Positions 63,275 to 64,000 of a DNA stretch of 64,000 bases are shown here, one piece after another. Under the pieces are notes generated by a model that worked only from the letters and a program-made list of their open reading frames with translations, had not been told where the DNA came from and did no database searches. The stretch spans positions 48,360,001 to 48,424,000 of the forward strand of contig NC_043008.1 of NCBI RefSeq assembly GCF_006345805.1, read 5' to 3'. Every line of letters begins with the position of its first letter. Within the stretch, counting starts at the first letter, position 1. The stretch is from Octopus sinensis (taxonomy: Eukaryota). The position numbers and the translations under genes are program-made.

Positions 63275-64000
63275 GATAAATGGAAATATAAATCAACAAA
63301 ACTTTGGTATATTTTGCTATGTTGGTAGCAAAATGAAATTTTGAGAAACCTGTTATACCATTTGGAAGTATTTAGCACATGTATGCGCAAGCGTGCACAC
63401 ACACACATACGCACACACATGTTAGTAGTAGTAGGCAGGTGTGTAGCTTGCACAAACAGAAAGAGTGAGCACTCAATAGGATAAACCAGAAGACTTTATC
63501 GTTATCTTTGAAGTAGAGGAATCCAATATTATGCACTTATTGCTCAAGATAGTTTCCCAAAGTATAGAGTGCATAATTTTGAATTCCTTAACTTGAATTC
63601 TGTTAGCATGTAAGATAAATGGTGAAGTGTATATAAAACAATCTCTAAGTGAGGAAGTGCAGAAATTTATGAATGAATAACTGAATGAATGAAAAAAAAA
63701 AAGGGAAAAAGAATTAATAAAAACTGTTATATGTTTAAAGTTCACTAGTTTAAGTAGAAGAATCTCTTTAACAGAGAACCATGATGACTGTCCTTTGGTA
63801 TTTGCCAGATAAATAAATATATCCCAATGTTGAACAGTGGCAGAAAACAGAGTGAGGAGGAGGAGGAAGGTCAAGGTTTGTTAAATGAAATATGTGACAC
63901 TGGTCCAGTCTCGAAATCTGTAGAATATGTAATGAAGGGTGGAGGGGAAGGGGAGTAATGAGAGAGAGAGATTTTCTTCTAATAAGAAATAGGTTTTATG

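Overview
AT-rich, microsatellite- and SINE-dense animal genomic DNA. The repeat families look like those of coleoid cephalopods (Octopus-like); this is inferred from memory, not from a search. One convincing host coding exon is present: a minus-strand start-codon exon (56600-56824) encoding the N-terminal SAM domain of an Ack-like/PR2 (ACK/TNK2 family) non-receptor tyrosine kinase. It has a CACCATGG start and a phase-0 AAG|GTGAGT donor. I found no kinase-domain exons, so most of the window is probably one very large intron. At about 12.5-17 kb that intron contains a CpG-retaining, promoter-like domain. The domain holds two candidate alternative first coding exons, both phase 0 like the SAM exon (MAWFKK| and a 46-codon exon), which predicts SAM-less kinase isoforms. 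The remainder is transposable elements: three decayed mariners, a Tc1/maT fragment, piggyBac-, hAT- and pogo-type MITEs, Helitron-like elements, RTE fragments and at least four SINE-like families, often nested or in inverted clusters. Also present are a 940-bp foldback element with an internal minisatellite, a 901-bp near-perfect tandem duplication bounded by (TG)n, and Penelope-type termini carrying hammerhead ribozyme motifs, including a 200-bp palindrome with a hammerhead on each strand. All calls were made by eye, and repeat boundaries without TSDs are approximate.
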